Positions 32,773 to 42,921 of a stretch of 64,000 nt of DNA are shown here, piece after piece. A program made the position numbers and the translations under genes. The DNA comes from a virus (lineage: Duplodnaviria > Caudoviricetes): the IMG/VR virus record IMGVR_UViG_3300036987_000100, positions 1 to 64,000 of that record; one strand, 5' to 3'. The notes under the pieces were generated by a model, which made no database searches, was not told the origin of the DNA, and worked only from the letters and a program-made list of their open reading frames with translations. Numbering within the stretch: the stretch's first letter is position 1; every line of letters starts with the position of its first letter.

Positions 32773-34893
32773 TTACGCGTCCGTAGTACGAATCGCTGTA
32801 GCCGAACCGCCTGCCGAACCGATGGTACCAGTGGTCTCGAAGGTCTTGATGGGCGACCCACCACCGTCGCGGACGCGCACGAAGAGTGAGCGATCCGACA
32901 AGTACACGACCGTGAAGCTCTCGGAGGTAGCTCCGGCGAGCTTGTCGATATAGCTGATGAACGTGTTGTTTCCCGCCGTAGCAAAGTCGCCAGAGAAGTC
33001 CGTGGCCCCGATGGTGAACGTACTGCCGGTGTAGCTGGAGTACGCCACGCGCCTGTAGATGCCGCTGTCCAGCTCTACCCGGATTGTACCAGACGCAGGG
33101 GTATCGCTGGGGATAGCAGTGGTAACGACTACCGCTGTCTCAGCGACGCCGTCCAAAGTGACGTCAAGCGCGAACTGATTGAGTTGTAGGAAGCCGCCAG
33201 ACTCTGGACCCACCAGCACGCGGTCCTCGCCGTTCACTAGTCCAGCCACGGTAAAGGTGACGTTGTTGGGAGGGGTACGCTGAGTGTTTGTTAGGTCGAA
33301 CAGCTTGTCGCTCGCCGTGAGATCCGCGTACTCGACACCTACGCCGTAGGCGCCGATGATGGCTGAGCCTGTGGAAGCGCCAAGGAACGGGTAGGACAAG
33401 CCGCGCTCAAGAGGCGCGCCAGTAGTAGTCCCTGTCGCGCTCGACGTCACGCCTGTAATCAGCGTTCCCGTCGTAGGCGCCACACCAGTCAACACCTGAA
33501 TCCACATCTTTGTGGATGTAGCTGGCACATCGACGGCCAGGAGCGCGCCCGTGCCGCCCGGCCAAGAGACTCGTTCGACGGCGTCGAACGTGCCTGAGCG
33601 CGGCGTCGTCATCGTCAGTTCATGCGTAGGGCCACGGAACAGTTCGCCAGGGACGGTGTACAGCATGTGTGACGTCTCAACCGAGAAGTTGAGATCATCG
33701 CCCGCTGTCGCAGCCCAGCTACCGGTGTCCTCTGAGCGGTTACCTGCGTGGGTGCCTGACGCAGCAAGGCCGCGTACGTGAACGTAATTCGAACCGTCGT
33801 TAACGGCGGGCTCTACCGCTAGCACGTAGTTAGTAGTGGCCGACAACGTAACAGGCGTCGGGAAGTGGAACTCAATCGTCTGGTATGACGTAGTCAGCGA
33901 CGTCATTGACACGTTGCTGCTCGTGGCCAGGGCTGCGCCCGTCGGTACTGAGGACGTACCAAACGTTCCCGAGTGGGCGTAGAGCTTAGCAACCACGTTG
34001 CCCGTGGGGGCACCGACGACTTTGAGCTGGAAGAAGGCACGGGCCAACGTCTGGGCGTTTGAGCCAACGTCGAAGGACTGCGCTTGTGCAACGATGGTAC
34101 CGTTACCGGCGATGAAGTTGCTCCCGGTGTCCGAGCAAAAAGACTCAACCGTGCCGCGACGAGACAGGTACTTCGCGCGCTCATACAGTTGGTTGATGGT
34201 AAGAGCGGCGCGATTCCACTCCGAGTAGTACGGCTCGGGCGTGGTGTCGTTGTTTACGTCGATGAGCCGGTAGCCTTCCTGATTTGTAATCGACGTCCAG
34301 CCCTTGATTACGCTCTCCGCCGTGGCGTTGTTGAGGTCATCAGAGAACTGGAGGGCGAGAACGTTGTTACCGCGAGACGTACCGTTGATGCGGAACTCGC
34401 TGAACGTCTTCCCTACTTCACGTGTCTGCCCGAGGATACGTCGACCGTCGATGTCTGCGGCGGAGGCACGCACCTTAACCATGAAACGGTGCTGAATACC
34501 TTGCGCGGTATCCGAGTTGTAGCCATCGGTCCAGAAGTTGGGCGAGAGGATCTGCCCGTTCTGGACGATTTGAAGAAAGGTGTTGGGCGGAGCGAAGCAG
34601 ACGATACCGTCGTAGATGGTATCACCGCCATCTTGGACGATGGAGCCGTCGTACAGAAAGCGCGCGGCGTAGTCGTTGATGTTGTACGGCGTGTTCAGGG
34701 TAATAAGGTTGTCCGTGGCGCGCTCAGAGGCCGTGGCATCCGTGATATCGAGGATGTCGTTGCCGCTTGCCTGGGCGTCGTCCATCAGGTCGCCAAGCCA
34801 ACGGTGGAACGCAATTACCGTATGCGTGTCTCCGGTGCCCACGTACCGAATATCGCCACTCGCCGAAATGCTGAAGTCGTCGCCGATTGCCAT
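32773..34893 (-). CDS. virion/tail protein, 706 aa
   Basis: Thr/Gly/Ser-rich beta protein in the structural operon; GAGGAG upstream. Confidence 0.8.
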   Translation of the reverse strand: MAIGDDFSISASGDIRYVGTGDTHTVIAFHRWLGDLMDDAQASGNDILDITDATASERATDNLITLNTPYNINDYAARFLYDGSIVQDGGDTIYDGIVCFAPPNTFLQIVQNGQILSPNFWTDGYNSDTAQGIQHRFMVKVRASAADIDGRRILGQTREVGKTFSEFRINGTSRGNNVLALQFSDDLNNATAESVIKGWTSITNQEGYRLIDVNNDTTPEPYYSEWNRAALTINQLYERAKYLSRRGTVESFCSDTGSNFIAGNGTIVAQAQSFDVGSNAQTLARAFFQLKVVGAPTGNVVAKLYAHSGTFGTSSVPTGAALATSSNVSMTSLTTSYQTIEFHFPTPVTLSATTNYVLAVEPAVNDGSNYVHVRGLAASGTHAGNRSEDTGSWAATAGDDLNFSVETSHMLYTVPGELFRGPTHELTMTTPRSGTFDAVERVSWPGGTGALLAVDVPATSTKMWIQVLTGVAPTTGTLITGVTSSATGTTTGAPLERGLSYPFLGASTGSAIIGAYGVGVEYADLTASDKLFDLTNTQRTPPNNVTFTVAGLVNGEDRVLVGPESGGFLQLNQFALDVTLDGVAETAVVVTTAIPSDTPASGTIRVELDSGIYRRVAYSSYTGSTFTIGATDFSGDFATAGNNTFISYIDKLAGATSESFTVVYLSDRSLFVRVRDGGGSPIKTFETTGTIGSAGGSATAIRTTDA

Positions 34894-35025
34894 GGTCTAC
34901 TCCTCGTTAATCCAAAGCTTGTTGATAGTGACTTGTGGCGGATAGTCGCTGTCCGCTGATTATGGCTCGGGATGTTAGTAGTAATCCCAGCTAAGCGCGA
35001 CAATTTAGTATGAATTCTGTGTCCG

Positions 35026-35400
35026 CTAGACAGCGTCGTCGTCCCAATAGGTAACAAACCCGACGACTCCAATGTTACCCGAAAGGTGTAACACTAACGA
35101 ATTTCCTGGGCTGGTACCCAGGGCGAAGGTAGCTGCGGGTACCGCCACCGTCAGCCCTTCCCTGGCCCTAAACGAGAAGGCTCCCGTCAAGTCCGTGGCG
35201 GTTCCGTCTTTCCACTTAACTGCCACGTTACCGAGAGCCTGTATTACAAAAGCCGAGACTTTCAGTCTTGCTCCGAGAACTGCGGCCACGATTTCATTAT
35301 CCCCGGCAGTTGAGCAGTTTATAACTGCGGTTTTGATGACCTTCCCAGAGGTCACCTCCACCGAGTTAGTCACACTGACTTCTCCTACCACGAATGGCAT
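35026..35400 (-). CDS. small structural-type protein, 124 aa
   Basis: Co-oriented; abuts the upstream gene. Confidence 0.65.
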   Translation of the reverse strand: MPFVVGEVSVTNSVEVTSGKVIKTAVINCSTAGDNEIVAAVLGARLKVSAFVIQALGNVAVKWKDGTATDLTGAFSFRAREGLTVAVPAATFALGTSPGNSLVLHLSGNIGVVGFVTYWDDDAV

Positions 35401-36144
35401 TTAGATGGTCCTCACGTAGGCGGCACCCGTCACCTCGCCGCCAGTGCGAGCGTAAGTCACCACGAGCTGTGCAACAACCACCAACCCATCCGGCCCGTAA
35501 ACACTTCGAGTTTCTGAGGCAACCAAATCCCCGACCCTGAAATAGGCTATCGTTTTGACTAAGTTGCCTGTAGCCACGCTGGTCCAGCTTTCGTTAGTTA
35601 CGAGCCCCCCAACCCGGGTGATTGTGTAGTTATGGTCTGAATCGGCGGGCTCACAGTCCAGCAGGAAGTCGGCTACAGAGACATAGTCTCCGATGGGGGC
35701 TACTGCCGTTGGCTCCAATCCGAAGCCCGCGCGCAGCAGTAGCCGAGCGGAATCCAAGCCCAACCCGATTACTTGCTTCACTGCGGGCGAGGCAGGAGCT
35801 ACGGGCGAGGGGTAAGAGTCCGTTCCGACATAGTACCAAACGCCTGCGGTGACTGGTGTAAATGACAGTATTTGTCCAGTCACTTGCACCAAGCAGGTAG
35901 TTGCGGTTGGCTTTTGTACGATGACGCCTACTGCGGGCATCCGAAGCTCGTCCAAGGGTTCCGCACGTGTTACGTCTGGAACCCCCAAGGTATTACCGGT
36001 GACCCGGACGAAGTGATTAATCTCGTCGGAAGTCAAGCAGTTAGCCTCGAAGTACCGTCCTTCCGCGTATGCAGCCTCCGACTCCTGAACGTCTACCGTT
36101 CCGAGTCTTCGAATCTGCGACTGCCGTAAGAGGCTTCGTGGCAT
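35401..36144 (-). CDS. structural-type protein, 247 aa
   Basis: Co-oriented; downstream of baseplate J. Confidence 0.65.
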   Translation of the reverse strand: MPRSLLRQSQIRRLGTVDVQESEAAYAEGRYFEANCLTSDEINHFVRVTGNTLGVPDVTRAEPLDELRMPAVGVIVQKPTATTCLVQVTGQILSFTPVTAGVWYYVGTDSYPSPVAPASPAVKQVIGLGLDSARLLLRAGFGLEPTAVAPIGDYVSVADFLLDCEPADSDHNYTITRVGGLVTNESWTSVATGNLVKTIAYFRVGDLVASETRSVYGPDGLVVVAQLVVTYARTGGEVTGAAYVRTI

Positions 36145-36159
36145 GAGAGCGCTTTGGCT

Positions 36160-38856
36160 TTAGCGGACGGTTACTGTTTCCGTGGTAATCGTAACCTGGC
36201 CCTTTGTAATAATTTCGTCTGTGTTGATTATGAGGTTTCCGTTGGGGTTGACGCTGCCCACTCCAGTATCTAGCCGATTCTGCGGACCCATAATTTGTAT
36301 GTTCGCGAAGACCACCCCGGCCAACGGCGCCACTACCGCCTGTAGGTCAGACAAGTACAAGTCGTCCCCGAATAACCGCCCGCGAAGTACGCTGTCGATG
36401 GCGGATTCCACCGAAGTCTTCGTAATAGACTCCGAAAAGCTTGGGTTTACACCGACGCGAACCCGTATTACCGCAGGCACCAGTGCATTCGCTCCGGAAG
36501 TCACCTGCACGGTCTGGGTTACTTCCTTTCTGGCGTTCAAGTAACCCTGAAGCGCGTGAATGAGTCCGTTTGATGGTGCCGTGAAGAACCCGGCCTTGTC
36601 CTTTGCCAAGATGGGGACCGTCACGAGGTTGGCCTTGCAGTCCGCAGAAAGCAAAGCGTCCACGTGGTCGTAGATTTGGTCCAGCGCCTCTTGAATTGTC
36701 GCCTTGTTTGAAAGTACCGACGCATCCATGTTGGCAAGGCTGGTTGCCACGTCGTCCAAGAAAGACAAGGAATCGAAGGCGTCCAGGACTACCGCAGGCC
36801 CGATGCGATTCCGTATGGTATTGGCATACGTATTGAGTTCTTCCATACGCCCCATGGCCACGGTCGTCCCAATATCCGCGACCTGCTGCCTTGTGGGGTC
36901 TAGCGTAGCGGTGACGATGGCCTCCAGTCCGCTAACTACTCCCGAGGCGGTTGTACTGGCGGCACCTACCTTATCTGCAGCGGTATCGAGTGTTGCGAGT
37001 AGGTCGGTTCGGGTGCTGGCTGGCACATAAACCGGGATGGTTGCCGCCAGTGCGGGCACTACCGGTCCCGCGCCGTCCCCCGTGTACGCGGCCAAGACCA
37101 TGGTTGACGCTTGCGCGTGTGCATTAACTGCTTCCGCTACCTGCCGCGCAGTGGTGACGCCGGTATTTACGCTCACGGTGATGAGGCTCCCTGTCACCGC
37201 GACAGCGAGTGCAACGTCTGCGGAGTGGAGCACCATAAGGGGCGCGAGTGTCGGTGCGACCTTCGGCGCGTACACTACGCTGAAGTTTCCACCAGTCCCG
37301 ACTTGTGTGGGTGAGGTTGCAAACGCAGTCACGGTGACTTGAGCTGCGTTGGTGCTAACCAACGCCGAGTCTACATCTAACTTGGCGGAGTTTGCCTGGC
37401 TCCTTTGCGTGCGCACTTCTGCCGTTGCTGTTACCAGGCTCGCGTCTACGTCCGCGACCTCGCTAGCCGTCTCAGAAATTTCAGCAACCAAGTCCTCAAG
37501 CTGCTCGCTGACGTCCCGTAGGGAGGACCTCGCCCTCGCCATGTCCTTGCCGTAGCGAACAATCGTCCCTACCGGTATTGCCACCAAGGGGATGGGCGTA
37601 ACCGTACACTGCAAATCGTCCGTCAGGGCAGTTACACGGTAGGCACCGGGGTCCACCCCGAACTTCACGATGCTACCCACCACCAGGTCCGACAGGAACT
37701 TGGTACCCGCCCCTGTCACTACCCCGGTTCCCGAGGCTACGCTCGCCGTGCCATTCAGCGTAAAGGGCCCCGCAGTAGTAAGTAGGGGGGCGTCTGCCGC
37801 CCCCTCGATGATGGCGATGTTCGTGTTCAGATGCGCATCGGCATCCGCAGAGCGGCTGGAGACGGCCTGAGCCACGGCCACGCGCCCAAAGAGCGGGTCC
37901 GCAAAGGAGCCGGAAAGCGCCTCGTAGTCAGGCCGAGTCACCGCAACAAAGCGGGACTTGTAGACTAACGGAGCGAATGCCTTGGCATGACTTAGCGTTT
38001 CCGGATTGTCGCCTCCCACTGATCCAAGAGGGTTATCCACAGTCATCGCCACGGGCTGGAACGCCACCACAAGCGGGTTTTTCTCAGCAGTAATAGTATG
38101 GCTGTTGACGAGCCCACTGAGGCCGCGTGAAGCGACGTACGTCACCACAATGGTGGCGCCAGCCATGGGGATGTTCCCCGCTATCCCATCGCCAAAGCGC
38201 ACAGTCGGGGGGTCGTCGTTGTACCCCAGCTCAAACTGGTTGGTAGCGTCAAAAGACAGAAACTCACTCTCGACGAAGGGGGTACCATTCACCACTACCG
38301 TCACCGAGCCAGATACGCAGAAGCTCTGGTCTGGTACCTGCCTGAGCTGAAAGACCTGGTTCGCGGAGCCATCAGAGACAAAATTCTCTACGACAGTTAC
38401 CCCCTCGTAGCAGGCTACGGATTTCGTTCTAATGGAGTCCGTGGCCAGCCAGGTCACGGGCTGCGCACACTCGTAAATCAAGCCGTCTGGACCCGAGAAC
38501 TGGAAGCCCTTGGGCATGGGCACGTTGAAACCGGGGCTGGCTATGGTGATGGAAAGATCCACCGACGAAGCCACTGCTGCCCGCATTTTGTAACCGAGCT
38601 GCCGAGTAAGTCGCGCGACAGACTTCCTGGTCCTTGCGGTCGACAGGTAGTTGTCTGTAGCACGTCTGTCCAAATAGAAGGAGAGCGTAGAAAGGCCAAA
38701 CGCGACAGAGTCCAACAGCATCATGCCCAAGGCAGAGGCTGCGAAGTCCGAATACTCCAATGCGTACTTTACTTGTACGCGAGCACGTAAATCATCTAAG
38801 TGAGTATTGAAATCCATCCCACTTAGCTGCGCCCTTACTAGATCTGCTGAACTCAT
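36160..38856 (-). CDS. baseplate J-like wedge protein, expanded to 898 aa
   Basis: SVARLTRQLGY, SDGSANQVF, VRFGDGIAGNIP, GGDNPET, RFVAVTRPDYE. Confidence 0.88.
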   Translation of the reverse strand: MSSADLVRAQLSGMDFNTHLDDLRARVQVKYALEYSDFAASALGMMLLDSVAFGLSTLSFYLDRRATDNYLSTARTRKSVARLTRQLGYKMRAAVASSVDLSITIASPGFNVPMPKGFQFSGPDGLIYECAQPVTWLATDSIRTKSVACYEGVTVVENFVSDGSANQVFQLRQVPDQSFCVSGSVTVVVNGTPFVESEFLSFDATNQFELGYNDDPPTVRFGDGIAGNIPMAGATIVVTYVASRGLSGLVNSHTITAEKNPLVVAFQPVAMTVDNPLGSVGGDNPETLSHAKAFAPLVYKSRFVAVTRPDYEALSGSFADPLFGRVAVAQAVSSRSADADAHLNTNIAIIEGAADAPLLTTAGPFTLNGTASVASGTGVVTGAGTKFLSDLVVGSIVKFGVDPGAYRVTALTDDLQCTVTPIPLVAIPVGTIVRYGKDMARARSSLRDVSEQLEDLVAEISETASEVADVDASLVTATAEVRTQRSQANSAKLDVDSALVSTNAAQVTVTAFATSPTQVGTGGNFSVVYAPKVAPTLAPLMVLHSADVALAVAVTGSLITVSVNTGVTTARQVAEAVNAHAQASTMVLAAYTGDGAGPVVPALAATIPVYVPASTRTDLLATLDTAADKVGAASTTASGVVSGLEAIVTATLDPTRQQVADIGTTVAMGRMEELNTYANTIRNRIGPAVVLDAFDSLSFLDDVATSLANMDASVLSNKATIQEALDQIYDHVDALLSADCKANLVTVPILAKDKAGFFTAPSNGLIHALQGYLNARKEVTQTVQVTSGANALVPAVIRVRVGVNPSFSESITKTSVESAIDSVLRGRLFGDDLYLSDLQAVVAPLAGVVFANIQIMGPQNRLDTGVGSVNPNGNLIINTDEIITKGQVTITTETVTVR

Positions 38857-39098
38857 CGGAGACTCCTTACACTACTGGCGCAGTTAATGCTTTTTGTCGA
38901 CCAGCCCAAGGCGAGCCTAGAAGATAGTGTTTTGTACTGGATTGCAGTCCGCCTTGGCCCCCCTGGAAGACCCTTGGTCGCCCCGTCAGCGGAGATACAC
39001 CCCACCAGCCGACTTGTACTCCTGTCCACGCCAGGTGCTGCCGCCACGACTACTAGCCGCCCGAAGCGTTGTCCCGTGACATTTAGTTTCGGCGACAT
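38853..39098 (-). pseudogene. internally deleted homing-endonuclease remnant
   Basis: NVTGQRFGRLVV joined to IQYKTLSSRLALGWS in 81 aa, with no nuclease core; GAGGAGGAGG RBS. Confidence 0.55.
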
Positions 39099-39108
39099 GT
39101 CCTCCTCC

Positions 39109-39489
39109 TCACTGCGGCGTCGAGAGCACCAGCTCAACAGAGTCCGGCTGCTGCGTAGCAATTACTACGTAGCCGACCGTAACCGTAACGGTGCTGTCTT
39201 CCCGGACTACGTCTACCCCACGAATAATGGCGCGGGGCTCCCAACGACCCACCGCAGAGTAAACTTCTGCCTGGATTAGCGACTCAAACATAGCGTCGTT
39301 GTTGTCAAACACCCTCGCCGTCAACCCGCTTCCAAATGTGGGCATCATCAACCGCTCGCCCGGCTCTGTCAGTAGAATTTGAATAATAGACTGTCGAATG
39401 AGCGCGGAGTCCGTGGACCCTTCCGGAAACGATTCCGACCCCTTCCGATAAGGGAATGAAATTCCTTGAAAAGTGGGTTTAGCCGCCAT
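39109..39489 (-). CDS. baseplate wedge gp25/GPW-like protein
   Basis: IRQSIIQILLTEPGERLMMPTFGSGL...VGRWEPR. Confidence 0.92.
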   Translation of the reverse strand: MAAKPTFQGISFPYRKGSESFPEGSTDSALIRQSIIQILLTEPGERLMMPTFGSGLTARVFDNNDAMFESLIQAEVYSAVGRWEPRAIIRGVDVVREDSTVTVTVGYVVIATQQPDSVELVLSTPQ

Positions 39490-39503
39490 CGCAACCTCGC
39501 CTT

Positions 39504-39519
39504 GCGACCACGTGGTCGC
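39504..39519. repeat. 16-bp palindrome copy 6 (GCGACCACGTGGTCGC)
   Basis: Read directly; 15 nt upstream of the ATG at 39489. Confidence 0.95.
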
Positions 39520-39559
39520 GCCCCTGCGTTATAGCAGGCAAACCGCTCAGAGTACCACT

Positions 39560-40042
39560 CTAGATGAGCGTTGTTGGGTGCGGCAACGGCACCGGCATGA
39601 AGACAATCACAGTCCTGGTCGCGGCATCCAGTGTAGATGCCATCGATGCGGCGGCAATTTCGGGGGTCGTCCTGCTATTGAGGAACGAAGCAGTCAACAG
39701 CGGGAGAATGACGGGCATCGCCAAAGAGGCAGTCACTACGGTACCTGGGCCGAAAAAAACCGGTGGGGCGTTCCAAAAACTGACAATTCCGGCGGCCCAT
39801 GCTGCCGCCATGGTGGCGGGCGTTGCAGTCTTCGGGGAGGACAGCACCGCGTACAGCGTATTCTCCAGCATGAAGGCTTCCGCCCCCGTCAGGAGCGGTG
39901 GAATCCCATCAGCCTGTGCCATCTGGGCGTAGTCCGCATAGGCCCGTGCCCACTTGTTGGCAGCATCCTTCGCGCTCAGGCCCTTCTGCTGCTTGAACAT
40001 CTGCAGAATGCTGAGTTCGAGTAGCTTTGAAACCAGCGCCAT
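39560..40042 (-). CDS. hypothetical baseplate-region protein (MALVSKLL...)
   Basis: TGATG coupling to the spike gene at 40042. Confidence 0.65.
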   Translation of the reverse strand: MALVSKLLELSILQMFKQQKGLSAKDAANKWARAYADYAQMAQADGIPPLLTGAEAFMLENTLYAVLSSPKTATPATMAAAWAAGIVSFWNAPPVFFGPGTVVTASLAMPVILPLLTASFLNSRTTPEIAAASMASTLDAATRTVIVFMPVPLPHPTTLI

Positions 40043-40944
40043 CAGCCCAACTTTGCTTTGGTTGAAAGAATTGACGGTGGCGGTGGAATCAAAGGCTGGG
40101 TACTGGGTCCGGTGCCCGTCCCATGCACATGATTCTCTAGCCAATTCTTCAAGTTGTCCCCCAATACCGCCGCCTGCCCCGAAGCGCTGGTTAGCGTCAC
40201 CTTGCTGCTGTCGATGTCTACCTTGGGGGCCTTCACCGTCACTCCCCCCTCTGCCGTCACCTTCACGTCCTTCTTTGTGGTGATGGTGACGCCCTTGTCG
40301 TTAAGAAGAATGGTGTTCTCGTTTTCATCGATGATTTTGACGCTCTTCCCGTCCTTGTCGATGGTAACGCTCGACTTGCCGGTGATGAGGGTGACAGTGG
40401 CCTTTTTGTCGATGGTAAGCTTCGCGGAACTGTCTTTCCACGAAAGCTCGACAGCCTCTTCCCCCTCCTTGTCGTTGAAGACGAGCGCGTGGCCCGCCTT
40501 TGTCACCATGCCCCGCTTGATGGGGGCGGTACCTTTCTTAGTGTCTCCACCCTCATCATGCCCGAGCTTCTCTGGCACTCCGCCTTCGATGTACCAACCA
40601 CCCCAGTAGATGTTGGGGTAAGAAGGGTCACCATTCAAATAGGCGACACGGACAAAGTCCCCAATCTCTGGAGGCCAGAAGGTTCCGTGCTTGGGGCGTG
40701 GTGTTTTGGCGCTGGTTTCTTCTTCAGTTCTACCGCAGGCATAGTCAAAGGCGGGGTCGACCCAGCGATCCAAGGTGTCTGAGATTTTCTGATTCAAGTC
40801 GGGGCTGTAGACCTTGATGCGCCCGCGCTTCTCGGGGTCTTTGTTATCCGCCACAACGGCACGGTAGTGCCCATAGTACTTATTGAAGTGCTCCAGACCG
40901 TGGAAGGTGAGGGTGTCTAGAAAAACGTCTAAGTCCGTAGCCAT
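40042..40944 (-). CDS. baseplate spike, gp5/gpV-like (OB fold plus beta-helix)
   Basis: YYGHYRAVVADNKDPEKRGRI, FWPPEIGDFVRV, C-terminal HVH. Confidence 0.88.
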   Translation of the reverse strand: MATDLDVFLDTLTFHGLEHFNKYYGHYRAVVADNKDPEKRGRIKVYSPDLNQKISDTLDRWVDPAFDYACGRTEEETSAKTPRPKHGTFWPPEIGDFVRVAYLNGDPSYPNIYWGGWYIEGGVPEKLGHDEGGDTKKGTAPIKRGMVTKAGHALVFNDKEGEEAVELSWKDSSAKLTIDKKATVTLITGKSSVTIDKDGKSVKIIDENENTILLNDKGVTITTKKDVKVTAEGGVTVKAPKVDIDSSKVTLTSASGQAAVLGDNLKNWLENHVHGTGTGPSTQPLIPPPPSILSTKAKLG

Positions 40945-40957
40945 GGCTAGCTCCCTG

Positions 40958-42598
40958 CTAGAACCCTTCGGGATTGAGGTCGGAGACGCGACCGAGAGTA
41001 CCACCATGGTCCTCTACCACCTCTGCTACAACCTCTTTGCTGGCGGTTACACCCAGCTTGTTATTTATGTCCGCCTTAGCCTTGCTAACCGAGGACAGGA
41101 GCGCCGAAGTGTTGCTTACTAGTTCCAGCTCCGTAGTGAAGCCGGTCGGTCCCAAAGAGTGTCTTACAGTGAAGACACCGTAGTTGAAGTCAAACCTGCT
41201 CCCCACGCCTCGAACTGCCACGGTGTTTCCCGGAAAAATATCCGGAATACCCAAGGTAAGCACGCGAAGCGCTATGCCCATTGAAAAATCTGTAACGAAC
41301 CTACTCTTGGCGGTTTCCACTGTCGTGGATTCGCTCACATCAGTTCCCGGCGCGGGGGCCCCGCCTTTGCCCTCCGGACTGACGCCAGAGATGCGCCCAT
41401 CCGGTTCTGGAAGCGCCCCACCGCCCCCTGTGACCGCGCCAGGGCTTGCATTCTCCGGCGTCCACACGTGATTGACTGATTTCCCGGTTCGGCTGTCAAT
41501 TCCATTGGCCACCAACGCCTTGGTAGACCCCGGCAACCACACCTGCTTGCTTTGCGTAGAGACACTCAAAATAGGGAAGTCTCCTTCCGCGCGATCCTGC
41601 CACGGGGTACCGTTGTTCGTGCGGTGCGCCGGACCTAGCTTCCCCTGCACAAAGTCGAAGAGTCGAAGGTTGTATTTAGGGGCCTCCGCCAAATGAGTCT
41701 CAATCGGGACGACCTGGACTGAGTTTTTCCCCGCGTCGTCTTTACCGCCTTTGTGGACGCCCATGGTCAGCCAACAGCCCGCTTCGTTGGCGAGTTGCAA
41801 CATGAACATCCAGTCGGTCTTCCACCCCTGGGCCGTAGTTATCTTACGCTCCAAAGCCAAATCTGCATTAGAGCCTTTTTCTATTGCTGAAAAATCCAGA
41901 TGTAGATCCCGACGTACGGTCCTCGGCTTGGGCTTCTCGTTTACCCGGACCTCCTCCTTCAACTCGGAGTTAAATTCGGAGACGCTCCCCAAGATGCCCC
42001 CACGAATGCTAACGGGAGCCTCTGGTTCAAATGGCGATTCTGGCGCAACTTCTGGATCCGAAACGTCAACCCCTCCGCCAACCAGATACTGCAGGATGGC
42101 CTTCCGAGACTGGTTGCTAAACGACCTTGAGGCCTGCGTCACTGATGCGTCGTAACCCGCGACACCGAAGCCGTTCAGGGTGATGGTGCTATTCATCCCG
42201 ATGGAGATGTCTGGCTCCAAGATGAGTGCTTGAAATGGGGCAGACAGCACAGGTCCGCCCGAGGTGCCCGCCGAGTACCCGACGATTACCTCCAGCATTG
42301 CTTTTCCGTTCTCAACAAGCGTGCTGTCGAGAAACCTCCGAACATCCTGAAAAGGAGGGGTAAGCACTGCCGTTATTCTCGGGAAGTATCCCAGCCCCAT
42401 CTCAACAGTTACGCTCTCCAAGAATGGGAAAGACACCAAACCGTTGGAAACTGCAGCGTTGTCCTCCTTTGAGAACTCTTCCGCAGCGGCGTTTTTTATT
42501 CCATCGGAGCTGTTGGTCCACAACGGGACTCTGACGTTGTTGTGCGTGATGATGGCCGCCGAAAAGAATGGCGAGTAGAAGTCATATTCTCTGGCCAT
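40958..42598 (-). CDS. baseplate hub (gpD/gp27-like)
   Basis: LGIPDIFPGNTVAVRGVG...VRHSLG..GFTTELEL; lies between the LysM and spike genes. Confidence 0.75.
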   Translation of the reverse strand: MAREYDFYSPFFSAAIITHNNVRVPLWTNSSDGIKNAAAEEFSKEDNAAVSNGLVSFPFLESVTVEMGLGYFPRITAVLTPPFQDVRRFLDSTLVENGKAMLEVIVGYSAGTSGGPVLSAPFQALILEPDISIGMNSTITLNGFGVAGYDASVTQASRSFSNQSRKAILQYLVGGGVDVSDPEVAPESPFEPEAPVSIRGGILGSVSEFNSELKEEVRVNEKPKPRTVRRDLHLDFSAIEKGSNADLALERKITTAQGWKTDWMFMLQLANEAGCWLTMGVHKGGKDDAGKNSVQVVPIETHLAEAPKYNLRLFDFVQGKLGPAHRTNNGTPWQDRAEGDFPILSVSTQSKQVWLPGSTKALVANGIDSRTGKSVNHVWTPENASPGAVTGGGGALPEPDGRISGVSPEGKGGAPAPGTDVSESTTVETAKSRFVTDFSMGIALRVLTLGIPDIFPGNTVAVRGVGSRFDFNYGVFTVRHSLGPTGFTTELELVSNTSALLSSVSKAKADINNKLGVTASKEVVAEVVEDHGGTLGRVSDLNPEGF

Positions 42599-42915
42599 TA
42601 GCGAACCTTGGCGCCCTTAAACAGCTCCTGCAAGACGTAGCGAGAAGAAGGGACCCGAAGCAATTGTCCGCTATACAACTCCGTAGGGAGCAGTTCCAAG
42701 TCGTTAGCTGCGGCGAGGACCCACCACAGCACGGGGTCGCCGTAGAATTTATGAGCGAGTAAATCGATTCTGTCGTTACGTTGGACTGTGTATTGTTGAT
42801 CATCCCCCTGGACTACAATTTCTGGTAAGTCCAACACATCCCAGAATACGACGCCCTCGGCCCGTACCAGGTCTGCGAAACGAAGGCAACTATGCGTGGT
42901 TAATGAGATTCCCAT
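42598..42915 (-). CDS. LysM/gpX-like tail protein
   Basis: YTVQRNDRIDLLAHKFYGDPVLWWVLAAAN. Confidence 0.88.
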   Translation of the reverse strand: MGISLTTHSCLRFADLVRAEGVVFWDVLDLPEIVVQGDDQQYTVQRNDRIDLLAHKFYGDPVLWWVLAAANDLELLPTELYSGQLLRVPSSRYVLQELFKGAKVR

Positions 42916-42921
42916 GTTTTG

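Noticed and set aside
36656-36671. Near-match to the 16-bp palindrome (GCGTCCACGTGGTCGT)
   Set aside because: It has a core mismatch and lies in coding sequence, so it may be chance; not counted among the nine.
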